A DNA stretch of 64,000 bases from Bacillota bacterium (GTDB taxonomy: Bacteria > Bacillota > Clostridia > Peptostreptococcales > Anaerovoracaceae): NCBI GenBank assembly GCA_052034085.1, contig JBPOJA010000026.1:414-64413 (forward strand), read 5' to 3'. Below the pieces are notes generated by a model. The model was not told the origin of the DNA. It saw nothing but the letters and a program-made list of their open reading frames with translations, and did not search any database. Below, piece after piece: positions 27,077 to 35,776 of this stretch (position 1 is its first letter; each line of letters begins with the position of its first letter). The position numbers and the translations under genes were made by a program.

Positions 27077-27144
27077 AGAAATTTTTTGCACAAAAGTCAC
27101 AGAAATTTTTTGCACAAAAGTCACAGAAATTTTTTTGTGCAAAG
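27077..27144. repeat. 24-bp tandem repeat (2.8 copies), last copy partly inverted
   Basis: AGAAATTTTTTGCACAAAAGTCAC occurs twice, followed by AGAAATTTTTTTGTGCAAAG. TTGCACAAAA and TTTTGTGCAA are complementary. The array lies about 110 nt upstream of the -10 of the peptidase gene. Confidence 0.8.
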
Positions 27145-27229
27145 TATTGCCACGATATTTTTATTCAAAATACAACATTTTCACTCAACTGATGCACCGC
27201 AGTTAGTAAGTCGGAAATTTCCGCAAACC

Positions 27230-27263
27230 AACACTGCACGGACCGCCTGGAATGTGGTATAAT
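27230..27263 (+). promoter_or_regulatory. Putative sigma-A promoter with extended -10 for the M28 peptidase gene
   Basis: TGgTATAAT at 27255-27263, 34 nt upstream of the TTG start. The -35 is poor. Confidence 0.45.
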
Positions 27264-27296
27264 TTATCTGAATAATCTGAAAGGAAGTGATCCCAA

Positions 27297-29561
27297 TTGT
27301 CCCGAAATAAAAAACTTCTCAGTATTGCACTAATTCTTATTCTGATTTTGGGTCTTCTGTCCGCCTGCGGCAAAGGGGGCGGCGATGAGAACGGCACCGA
27401 AGAGCCGGGAACTGAGACCACAATCTACACAAGTTTTCTCGAAGCAGTTGATGTAAATTTTGCATATGAAGTTGGGGTTGAGCTGGCGGAAAATCCCGAA
27501 TACCACGATTCTCCCATGGGCACCAGGACCGCCGGCAGCGATGCGGAGCACAAGGCAGCTGATTATCTGGCCAACCTGATGGAATCCATTGGCCTGCAGG
27601 ATGTGGAAAAAGTGGGAGTCAAAGTGGACAGATGGCAGTTTAACGGCGCCAGCCTGGTGCTCGAGAGCGATGGCGATGGTGCAGGTGGTGGCAACAGCGA
27701 AAAGAAAGAGATTCTCCTCCACTCATACGCTACCGAGGCAACTCCCAAAGAAGGCATTGATGCGGAAATCATCTATGTGGGCGAAGGCACTATGGCAGAC
27801 TACGAGGGTCTTGATGTGAAAGGCAAAATCGTTCTATGCGATGTGAACCAGCGTGACAACTGGTGGGTTACTATGCCCATGCTGGAGGCCTGGCATCAGG
27901 GGGCGGCAGCTTTGCTAGCCGCTTCGACCGAAGGTTTTTCCGAAATCAGCGATGAGGCCTACAATGCCAATGACATCTGCGGACCCACAGGCATTCCTTG
28001 CGTCAGCATAACTCCCAAGGATTCCGCCTATCTCCAAAGCCTGATGGAAGAAGGTCCGGTCCGCGGCAATCTGAAAGTGGACAACATCGTTGAACCCGGA
28101 GGTACCTCTTACAACATTGTGGGCAAAATCCCCGGAAAATCATCTGAGGAAATGGTAATCTTCGGCGCCCACTACGATATGTATTTTACCAGTTTTCAGG
28201 ATGACTCAGTTGCTGTGGGCTCGGCACTGGCCATTGCAAAGGCCATGATAGATTCGGGCTACACTCCCGAGAGAGACATCGTTTTCTGCATTCACGGCTC
28301 CGAAGAATGGGGCGCCAGCAACTCCCAGTTTGACTGGACCACCGGAGCCTGGCGCATGATCAACGAGGCGCACCCGGAATGGGCGGGAAAAACTCTGGCT
28401 TTCATCAATTTCGAGCTTCCTGCCTTTGAGTTTGATGACTACACCATGGTTTATTCCGCACCGGAAATGTACACCATGATAGACCGTTTCGTAAATGAAG
28501 AACCTTCACCGGGGCCAGTTGACTGCTTCCCTGACGGGGTTCTCACCGACGGTTTTCAGACTTACACTTATTCCGACGACTTTTCATATTACGTAGCGGG
28601 GGTTCCTTCCACTGTGAACGGCTTTTTGCTGGATAAGGATATGGAAGACGTTTTCCCCTTCTACCGGGAGATTTACCATTCCAATTTTGACACCAAGGAA
28701 ACCTGCAACTTCAATGTGTTGCGCTTTACCGTGGAGTTTTATGGAGCTTTCGGCATTTACATAGACTCCACCCCTGCCCTGCAGCTGGATTACACGGCTC
28801 ACTATGACAGACTGATGGATGCCATAGACGAGGAAACGGCTCTAGCTTACGGTGTGGATTATGACGGCTATATTGCAGCTGCCAAGGCTTACAAGGAAGC
28901 GGCAGAGGATGCTTTCGGAGCTGTTGATGCCCTGAACAAGGCGTATTTTGCTTTGCTCAGCAATGGCAACGGTACTGGGGCAGGTTCGGGAAATGGGGAG
29001 ACCGCGGACAATTCAGGCGATCTTGAGAGCGATCTGGAAAGCATATGGGCCGCCGCCCGCGATATGAACAAGAAAAACCTGGCCCTCTTTAAGCTTACCC
29101 AGGACAAGATTCTGGGCCTCATGTACGAACGGCCAATAGTTCCCCACGAGGCGGCCCAGGAAAACCTCATGCTTATGCAGGAAATCATTGCTTTGCTGAA
29201 AGATGGCGATGTGCAGACTGCGGTGGATGAGTATGCCTGGCAGATTAATAATGTGGAAGAATGGTATGCCATGTATTTCAGCCCAGAAGTAACCAAAATA
29301 GGCTACGATATGTTCTACAGCCCCGACAACAAGCACAATCTCTTCTGGGGCTCCGGCAAGGAATATCTGCCGGCTGAAGTTGAGGAAGCCACCCGCAGTT
29401 TAGTGGCCAGATACGATGAGCAAGGCGGAAAATTCGCGAAGGAAATTGCTGTGTATGAGGCCTCCATCGAAGCCCAAAAGATTGAATACAAGAAAAGGGT
29501 CAGCCAGGAAATAGCGGACCTGTACACTCTGACCCAGGCCCTGAAAGGAATTACATATTAG
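27297..29561 (+). CDS. M28-family metallopeptidase lipoprotein with PA domain and long helical C-terminal domain
   Basis: 754 aa with a TTG start after AAAGGAAGTGA. It has a lipobox (LLSACG), a PA-like segment (GKIVLCDV) and M28 motifs (GAHYD, HGSEEWGASNS). Confidence 0.7.
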   Translation: MSRNKKLLSIALILILILGLLSACGKGGGDENGTEEPGTETTIYTSFLEAVDVNFAYEVGVELAENPEYHDSPMGTRTAGSDAEHKAADYLANLMESIGLQDVEKVGVKVDRWQFNGASLVLESDGDGAGGGNSEKKEILLHSYATEATPKEGIDAEIIYVGEGTMADYEGLDVKGKIVLCDVNQRDNWWVTMPMLEAWHQGAAALLAASTEGFSEISDEAYNANDICGPTGIPCVSITPKDSAYLQSLMEEGPVRGNLKVDNIVEPGGTSYNIVGKIPGKSSEEMVIFGAHYDMYFTSFQDDSVAVGSALAIAKAMIDSGYTPERDIVFCIHGSEEWGASNSQFDWTTGAWRMINEAHPEWAGKTLAFINFELPAFEFDDYTMVYSAPEMYTMIDRFVNEEPSPGPVDCFPDGVLTDGFQTYTYSDDFSYYVAGVPSTVNGFLLDKDMEDVFPFYREIYHSNFDTKETCNFNVLRFTVEFYGAFGIYIDSTPALQLDYTAHYDRLMDAIDEETALAYGVDYDGYIAAAKAYKEAAEDAFGAVDALNKAYFALLSNGNGTGAGSGNGETADNSGDLESDLESIWAAARDMNKKNLALFKLTQDKILGLMYERPIVPHEAAQENLMLMQEIIALLKDGDVQTAVDEYAWQINNVEEWYAMYFSPEVTKIGYDMFYSPDNKHNLFWGSGKEYLPAEVEEATRSLVARYDEQGGKFAKEIAVYEASIEAQKIEYKKRVSQEIADLYTLTQALKGITY

Positions 29562-29602
29562 AGTTTAAGCAAAGTGCTGCATTAAGAGCTTCTGGAAATG
29601 TT

Positions 29603-29646
29603 ACAACCGGGCCGGTCCTAAAAGGCGGCCCGGTTGTTTCTTTTAT
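29603..29646 (+). terminator. Rho-independent terminator of the peptidase gene
   Basis: CAACCGGGCCG-N12-CGGCCCGGTTG followed by TTTCTTTTAT. Confidence 0.7.
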
Positions 29647-29657
29647 CGGTTATCGGT

Positions 29658-29845
29658 GGATTTTGAGTTAAAACAGGAGAAGTGCTAGGCGCGAAAGTGG
29701 ATATGAGGCTGGCAGTGAGCGAAAACACGAGAAGTGCTAGGAAAAATTGGGGATAAACCCTGAAATCCCTAGCACTTCACATTTTTTTGCACATTTCAGC
29801 CTGGATTTCTTATTTCGGGCTAGCACTTCTCCTGTTTTTGCACCC
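29658..29845. repeat. Four-module 52-bp-pitch repeat element, copy B
   Basis: The GAAGTGC core is at 29679 and 29731, and the GCACTTC core is at 29772 and 29823. The architecture matches copy A. Confidence 0.85.
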
Positions 29846-29900
29846 ACAAACAGCTCTATCTTGTGTTTCCAATCAGTTGTCTCTGCTTCGCAGCATCAGG

Positions 29901-30944
29901 CTAGTTGTTTTTGGCCAGAAACTCCTTCATTTTGACTATCATGAAGTCAATGTCTTCGCGGCTCACATTGGCGTTAGTCACAAAACGCCACTCTCCCAGC
30001 TCTTTTCCGTTAACTTTAATGCCGTTGTTAAATAAATATTTAACTAAAGCATCTTCTTCGGTCTTTGACATATCAGGTTCGGTCTGGAAAAAGACCATAT
30101 TGATGTCCCGGCGGTCTTCCATGACTTTGATGCCGGGGAGTTTGGAGAGCTGGTCGGCCATGTAGGCTGCATTTTCGTGGTCTATATTAAGCCTCTTGGT
30201 CATTTGCTCAAGTGCAATGATGCCGGCGGCGCCCAGGATACCGGCCTGCCTCATGCCGCCGCCCATAAGCTTTCTGCCGCGTTTGGCCTTATCGATGAAT
30301 TCTTTGCTGCCGACTACCATGGAACCAACCGGCGCTGACAATCCTTTGGACAGACAGAACATTACCGAATCGGCGCAGGCGGCGATTTCTTTAACATCAA
30401 TGCCCAGAGCAACTGCCGCATTGAAAATCCGGGCGCCGTCCATGTGAACGGGTATGCCGTATTTTTCGCCTATTGCTTTGATAGCCTTCAGGTTTTCCAG
30501 AGGCACCGCAACTCCTGAACCGTGAGCGTTTTCCACGCAAATCAGCCCGGTCCTGGGATAATGGATATCGTCCGGATCCCTGATGGCGCCTTCCACTTCG
30601 GAGGGGTCAAAGGTGCCGTATTTGGTATCCAGCGTCCAGAGCTGCACGCCTGCTATAACGGCGGCACCTCCTGCCTCATGAATCAGTATGTGACTTTCTT
30701 TGCCCAGAATTATTTCGTCGCCCCTGTTGGTGTGTGCGAGAATGCAGAGCTGATTGCCGAAAGTTCCGCTGGGCACGAAGAGTGCGGCTTCTTTTCCAAG
30801 CATTTCCGCAGCCAGAGCCTGGAGTCTGTTCATGGTGGGGTCATCATCGTAGACGTCATCTCCTACTTGAGCCTCTGCCATGGCTTTTCTCATTTCTGCC
30901 GTGGGCATGGTTACTGTGTCGCTTCTCAAATCGATGTACTTCAT
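29901..30944 (-). CDS. ltaE: Low-specificity L-threonine aldolase
   Basis: 347 aa. The opening DLRSDTVTMPTAEMRKAMAEAQVGDDVYDDDPT and the PLP-lysine context (FCLSKGLSAPVGS) match. Confidence 0.9.
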   Translation of the reverse strand: MKYIDLRSDTVTMPTAEMRKAMAEAQVGDDVYDDDPTMNRLQALAAEMLGKEAALFVPSGTFGNQLCILAHTNRGDEIILGKESHILIHEAGGAAVIAGVQLWTLDTKYGTFDPSEVEGAIRDPDDIHYPRTGLICVENAHGSGVAVPLENLKAIKAIGEKYGIPVHMDGARIFNAAVALGIDVKEIAACADSVMFCLSKGLSAPVGSMVVGSKEFIDKAKRGRKLMGGGMRQAGILGAAGIIALEQMTKRLNIDHENAAYMADQLSKLPGIKVMEDRRDINMVFFQTEPDMSKTEEDALVKYLFNNGIKVNGKELGEWRFVTNANVSREDIDFMIVKMKEFLAKNN

Positions 30945-30974
30945 TTTTCGTCTCCCTTTGCAATTTTTGGCTTA

Positions 30975-31057
30975 CCGGCACGGAGCCGGGATGTCTTTTT
31001 ACAGCCGGCACGGAGCCGGGATGTCTTTTTACAGCCGGCACGGGGCCGGGACATCTG
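30975..31057. repeat. 30-bp tandem repeat, 2.8 copies
   Basis: CCGGCACGGAGCCGGGATGTCTTTTTACAG occurs twice plus a partial copy. Each unit holds the small hairpin CCGGC-ACGGA-GCCGG. The array lies in the ltaE upstream region. Confidence 0.85.
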
Positions 31058-31062
31058 AAATT

Positions 31063-31094
31063 AAATGGCTGTGATGATAATATCACAGCCATTT
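31063..31094 (-). terminator. 13-bp perfect hairpin ending the 4-gene cluster
   Basis: AAATGGCTGTGAT-GATAAT-ATCACAGCCATTT, about 90 nt after the stop at 31181. The T-run is modest. Confidence 0.45.
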
Positions 31095-31133
31095 TCACGT
31101 TTCAATCGATGTCGCTGAAATCGGACCTTTACC

Positions 31134-31207
31134 TCAGGACATCTTTGTGCTCAGGTACTAATCTCCGGGCATCTTTGTACTCAGGCCTTAATCTCCGGGC
31201 ATCTGAG
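31134..31207. repeat. Second 30-bp tandem repeat, about 2.5 copies, overlapping a gene 3' end
   Basis: TCAGGTACTAATCTCCGGGCATCTTTGTAC / TCAGGCCTTAATCTCCGGGCATCTGAG, plus a partial copy at 31134. The TGA stop of the 301-aa ORF lies inside the last unit. Confidence 0.75.
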
Positions 31208-32086
31208 ATAGTGCTCTACAATGCTCAGCAGCTGTTCTCCGCTTAAGGCCAGCAGATTAATTTCTTCGTCGCCCATCGAAAGGTAAATTATATCTCTCAG
31301 GCCGGCAACAAAAGCAAGTCCGGTGTCAAATGTAACTTCTCCCTCTTCATCCAGGGAAAACAGTTCAAGCACCACCATGGCTTTGGGTACAAGCATACTT
31401 CTTGCCATTTCTGCCAATTCATCATTAAGTCTGTAATCTCCTTCAACCAGGCCCTTTTCTTTCAGGGATTCAAGAAGTTTCTTCACGTCTGCTTTTTCCG
31501 GCGGTTCATAGCCATAGCTTTCGATCAGTATCTTTGTCATACTGTTGCCTTTAGAGTCAAACAAGGCATCCGCCACGGCTTTTTCATCGTATGTGTCATG
31601 CAGTTCCGCTGCACCGCCCTGATAAAGAAGATTATTTTTTCTGTATGCGTCAACCAGCGCAAACAACACAAGCATCTCTTTTGAAGCTGCTTCAACTTCG
31701 ATATCCGCAATCTTCATTTTTCCCATGCCCACAAATTCCGACAGGTAAATCATCATCATGTCAAATTCCAGCAACAGCTTGAATGACAGGTCTCCCATAT
31801 CGTTGTCAATCTGGACATATTTTTCGCCCATCCGGTAAACATATTTTTCAACGATCACCTTATCGTCCTGAATTGCCAGTCTTGCCGCACCGGTTCCTTT
31901 GGCCACCACTTCAAAGACCTCCGCGGCAGCGGCATCGAGGGCTCCGTTTTTCAAAATGCCTTTGCTTTCAAGACTCTTCGCCTCGGAACCGTCCATTGGT
32001 GCCTCCAGTGTCGTAAAGAGGCTAATCGGGGACTTTTCTTCCAACAGTTCTGCCACATAGGCCACTTCATTTATACTAAGTTTCAT
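31181..32086 (-). CDS. Hypothetical acidic cytoplasmic protein (301 aa), last gene of the 4-gene cluster
   Basis: Long ORF with no signal peptide or TM segment. I recognise no motif in it. It starts 22 nt after the stop of the 1037-aa gene. Confidence 0.6.
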   Translation of the reverse strand: MKLSINEVAYVAELLEEKSPISLFTTLEAPMDGSEAKSLESKGILKNGALDAAAAEVFEVVAKGTGAARLAIQDDKVIVEKYVYRMGEKYVQIDNDMGDLSFKLLLEFDMMMIYLSEFVGMGKMKIADIEVEAASKEMLVLFALVDAYRKNNLLYQGGAAELHDTYDEKAVADALFDSKGNSMTKILIESYGYEPPEKADVKKLLESLKEKGLVEGDYRLNDELAEMARSMLVPKAMVVLELFSLDEEGEVTFDTGLAFVAGLRDIIYLSMGDEEINLLALSGEQLLSIVEHYLRCPEIKA

Positions 32087-32108
32087 CTCATCAGCTCCTT
32101 TACAATCA

Positions 32109-35100
32109 CTATATTAATTTTCGCACTCCGGCGGCAGTTGCCTTGCCCAGGGGTTTGCTCACATATGGTTTAACTACGAAAGAATCTGTTACATTCTTTC
32201 CGAGCTTGGCTCCGAAAACTTTTGTAATGGGGCCTGCCGCGCTTTTGATGAAGCCCGCTCCATCTCCCTCTGTTAATGGGAACTTGGGAAGAGTGGTCCC
32301 GGGAGCCGGCTTGGCCAGCTTATCACTGACATGAAGCATAGCTCCTTTTATCGAGCCTTCCACAAAGCCTTGTGCGGCACCTTCTGCTCCCTTATCAATA
32401 TAACCAGCTACGGTTTCACCTGTAACTACTGTGGCAAATTTGCCAGCCGCCCCGGGGACATAACCCCTTGCTGCAGCGGCTGCGCCCTTCACCGCGCCTT
32501 TCTTTAAACTCTTGACGGACCAGTCGCCGGATGCGCCTTCATAAGCCACATTTCTGACAAATTTGTAGCCTGCGTTGATTCCTTTCCCAACGGGTCCGGT
32601 TACCTTTCCCAGAGCATCCATTGAGGCATCGGCAGCATTCATAACTAGCGTGGCTCCGCCTTCTGCCCATGCTCCTACTCTATCCACGTGCATCCATCTT
32701 TCATATGACTGTTTGTTGAATGCATCATTTATACCTATTATTGCTTCCAGATCAGCCCTCGAAGAGACGTTATATTTCTTGAACAATTGACGGTACAGTT
32801 CATCTTTTTTGCGCTGTTGATCAATTTTCATTTCAGTTTCCCACACAAGGTAATCCTGAAGCGTCTCGCCTTTTACATTTTTCTCCCATTCTCTTTCTAT
32901 GAATTCCCTGTCTTTTTCAAGATTGGGTTTTACAACTTTCTCATAGGCTTCCATATCTAAGACACCGCCGGTTTCCGGATTGACATATTCGCCCGTTGCA
33001 GGGTCACGAACATATCTGGATATCCTGCCGGTATGGTCAGTTACCAGTTCAAGCTCATCCGGACCTTCGGGCATGCCTGTTCCCGGTGTGCCGGGTGTTT
33101 GGCCTGCATCCGGCCCTGCGGCCGCGGTTGCCGCAACACCGCTGTCAGGGGCACCGGTCTCGTAACCGCCTTCGGTTGTACCGGCTTCATGGCCGGCTTC
33201 GTAGCCGCCTTCATAGCTGTCGGTGGAAGTGCCGCCATCATATCCCGAATCGCCGCCGTCGTAGCCGCCGTCTTCGTCATATCCGCCGAAGACACCTCCC
33301 GACTCTCCTCCGGAAGCGCCGCCGGTCGCAGCGGCTATTTCGTTGTCACCTACTGAAACAGGATCGTTGGGATCGCCACCTGAGGCCCCCAGGGCTTCTG
33401 CAAGAATTGCCCAGGCCTCTGACTCTCTTTCAGAAATGAGCCTGCCCGAAGGTTTGGGTTTGGGCATTTCTTTAGGCTTAAGCGCATTCGAAATAGCTGT
33501 GGCAAGAAGGCCTACCAAGGGCGGGAAAAGCATTCCAGCCGCAGCTTCAAAGGGACTGTCGGGGCCCGGAATATTTCCGGCTCCATATGCCGCTCCTATG
33601 GCAGCAATTACATAGGAAGGAAGTTCATCCTTTACCTTGTAGCCTTTGCCGTTGAGATTGTATGTGTTGCTGTCAGCGCCTTTGTTCTTTGATGGCATTC
33701 TGTCGTAGTAACCGTTGCCGCCGACAGTCACTGAAATTACCCCGTTGATTGCTTTTTCGAAACGAATTTCGCCGTTGGCTGAAATCGCCGCTTTGTATGG
33801 CAGTCCGGTCAGGTCTGCCGCAAATTCCAGTTTGGCAACCGCATAATCCACTCCTCTTTCCAGCACGGGGCAGTTTTGCGAGAACGGCATGCCTTCGTAC
33901 TTGCCAATGATTTCAATGAATTCGCCTTTATCAATGACCGCCAGCACCTGATCATAGAGTTCTTTAGACTTCTCGGGTGGATCCACATCCCCCATGAGAG
34001 TTCTTATCTTATACAGAAATATGTTCATATTGTAAGTGCCGGTGAAAACCGTAAATTCTTCCGGTGCGGGTGAAACACTGACCGAAAACACCGGATCCCC
34101 GTCTTCGTCAAAATCCAATGCCCATTTATCATCGATGTCTAAGTAATACACTCCCGGAGGCAGTATAATGTCCGGCATAACCATCCAGAAAGTATTTGGC
34201 GCATTTCCGGGGCCGTAGCCCTGGGACTGGAATGCGGCCACCATCTCGTCTTCATCATTATAGATATATATGATGCCCGGCATGGCGCCTTCGCCGTTGT
34301 TCCAGGTGCTAAGAATTATTTCATCGATTATATAGCTTTCATCCAGTTCGAAAGCGGGGGCTTTATATGGTATTTCGACACCCATCCAGGTCGGTTCCTC
34401 CACCAGATCGGAGAGTACCCTATCCCAGAATTCATCGCTGAGTTCCTGGTTGCCGATTACTTCCGGTTCTTCTTCACCTAGCCACTTTACCAGTTTTTCT
34501 TTATATTTTTCATAGGCCTTGAAATCCATGCCTTTGACGAAATAACCCTCTGCCGGCCAGGCACCACCCGCCAGCTGAATCATGTATCTGCCTTTGGGCA
34601 ACACTATGGCATCTTCCGGATAATAGTAAACTATGGTATCGCCCTTCTGGCCTTCAAGCCTCTCGCCGTAATGTGGAGTATAATCCTCGATGCCTTCGGT
34701 ATTTTCCAGGTCTCCTATTAGCTCATCCTGTTCTTCGTCCGGTTCTCCATCCGGCATACCTCCCGTGTCATCGTAACCCGGAGGAGGCGGCGATGAAGGT
34801 GGCTGAACTTCTTTTAAGGTACCCACATAGGCTATTTCTCCCGAAAAGCCCTGATAGACATTGCCCTGATCCGAAACCAGAGCCATATACATAGGTTCAA
34901 GCAGAAGCCCCGGGAATGGAATATAGATGCCAGTCAGCACTGTGGTTTCCTTCACATCAAAGGTGAAGAATGCTTCGGTGCTGGGCTTGTTAAAATTGCC
35001 TCTGAAACCCACTACCAGGGTGTTTGCTCCTTCGTAGGTGAACTGAGAGGTGTACCAGCTGCCCTTTTGAACGATTGCTTTTTCGTAAGGTCTTTCGGGC

Positions 35101-35222
35101 GGTGCACCCTGGCCTGCCGCATAGCTTGAAAAAGGCATAAATGTCATGACCAGCAGATAGGCCAGCAATATTATGCTTAGCATCCGTCTCATTGTGCTAT
35201 TTTTAATTGGTCTCCTGATCAT
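32109..35222 (-). CDS. Large single-pass envelope protein (1037 aa), function unknown
   Basis: The N-terminus carries a signal peptide (MRRMLSIILLAYLLVMTFMPFSSYAAG). About 520 aa of extracytoplasmic sequence follows, interrupted by a Pro/acidic linker. A hydrophobic span (AAAGMLFPPLVGLLATAISNAL) is followed by KPKEMPKPKP. Next comes a Gly/Asp/Tyr-rich low-complexity stretch of about 110 aa. The C-terminal ~330 aa comprise a charged helical region and a Gly/Ala/Lys-rich tail. Confidence 0.7.
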   Translation of the reverse strand: MIRRPIKNSTMRRMLSIILLAYLLVMTFMPFSSYAAGQGAPPERPYEKAIVQKGSWYTSQFTYEGANTLVVGFRGNFNKPSTEAFFTFDVKETTVLTGIYIPFPGLLLEPMYMALVSDQGNVYQGFSGEIAYVGTLKEVQPPSSPPPPGYDDTGGMPDGEPDEEQDELIGDLENTEGIEDYTPHYGERLEGQKGDTIVYYYPEDAIVLPKGRYMIQLAGGAWPAEGYFVKGMDFKAYEKYKEKLVKWLGEEEPEVIGNQELSDEFWDRVLSDLVEEPTWMGVEIPYKAPAFELDESYIIDEIILSTWNNGEGAMPGIIYIYNDEDEMVAAFQSQGYGPGNAPNTFWMVMPDIILPPGVYYLDIDDKWALDFDEDGDPVFSVSVSPAPEEFTVFTGTYNMNIFLYKIRTLMGDVDPPEKSKELYDQVLAVIDKGEFIEIIGKYEGMPFSQNCPVLERGVDYAVAKLEFAADLTGLPYKAAISANGEIRFEKAINGVISVTVGGNGYYDRMPSKNKGADSNTYNLNGKGYKVKDELPSYVIAAIGAAYGAGNIPGPDSPFEAAAGMLFPPLVGLLATAISNALKPKEMPKPKPSGRLISERESEAWAILAEALGASGGDPNDPVSVGDNEIAAATGGASGGESGGVFGGYDEDGGYDGGDSGYDGGTSTDSYEGGYEAGHEAGTTEGGYETGAPDSGVAATAAAGPDAGQTPGTPGTGMPEGPDELELVTDHTGRISRYVRDPATGEYVNPETGGVLDMEAYEKVVKPNLEKDREFIEREWEKNVKGETLQDYLVWETEMKIDQQRKKDELYRQLFKKYNVSSRADLEAIIGINDAFNKQSYERWMHVDRVGAWAEGGATLVMNAADASMDALGKVTGPVGKGINAGYKFVRNVAYEGASGDWSVKSLKKGAVKGAAAAARGYVPGAAGKFATVVTGETVAGYIDKGAEGAAQGFVEGSIKGAMLHVSDKLAKPAPGTTLPKFPLTEGDGAGFIKSAAGPITKVFGAKLGKNVTDSFVVKPYVSKPLGKATAAGVRKLI

Positions 35223-35764
35223 AGTATGCCACCCCCTATCAGGGAACGTAACAGCTCATAACCGCCTTCAATAAATGAAGGAATTCTGTACATGTATCCA
35301 AAAGACAGGGTCCAGGCCGCAGAAAACAGGAAGGACATAACTGCCGCCCCTATGGTGTTTTTAAAAGCGGGCTTTTCTGATAGCTTGTTCATTTCGATGG
35401 CTGAAGCTGTTCCCACCGCCATAATTCCTGCCGTAATGAAAGGCACGCTCATGGACCAGCGCAACCCGAACACCGCAATGAGCAGCATGATTGCGAACGG
35501 GGTCAGGAAGAGCATGCCGTTATCAATGGCATATTTCATTGCCGCTTTGCCATGCTCTTTTTTTATTTTCCCGTTGAAGGCGCTGAGTATTGCCTTAAGA
35601 AAAATCCTGAAGACCATGCCGAAAATCAGACCCACAACGGCTCCAACTATTAGATGAAAGAGGTTTAATGGATTCATGGGATCTGCAAAGGCCCCTATTC
35701 CAAGGGCTATAAACGAAAGCCTTCTGACCAGTGTTCTGGCTCCCTTGCCTTTTTTGAAGTCCAT
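35219..35764 (-). CDS. Hypothetical polytopic membrane protein (181 aa)
   Basis: 4-5 predicted TM helices. The stop overlaps the start of the 1037-aa gene (ATGA). Confidence 0.6.
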   Translation of the reverse strand: MDFKKGKGARTLVRRLSFIALGIGAFADPMNPLNLFHLIVGAVVGLIFGMVFRIFLKAILSAFNGKIKKEHGKAAMKYAIDNGMLFLTPFAIMLLIAVFGLRWSMSVPFITAGIMAVGTASAIEMNKLSEKPAFKNTIGAAVMSFLFSAAWTLSFGYMYRIPSFIEGGYELLRSLIGGGIL

Positions 35765-35776
35765 ATGCCCACCCCC

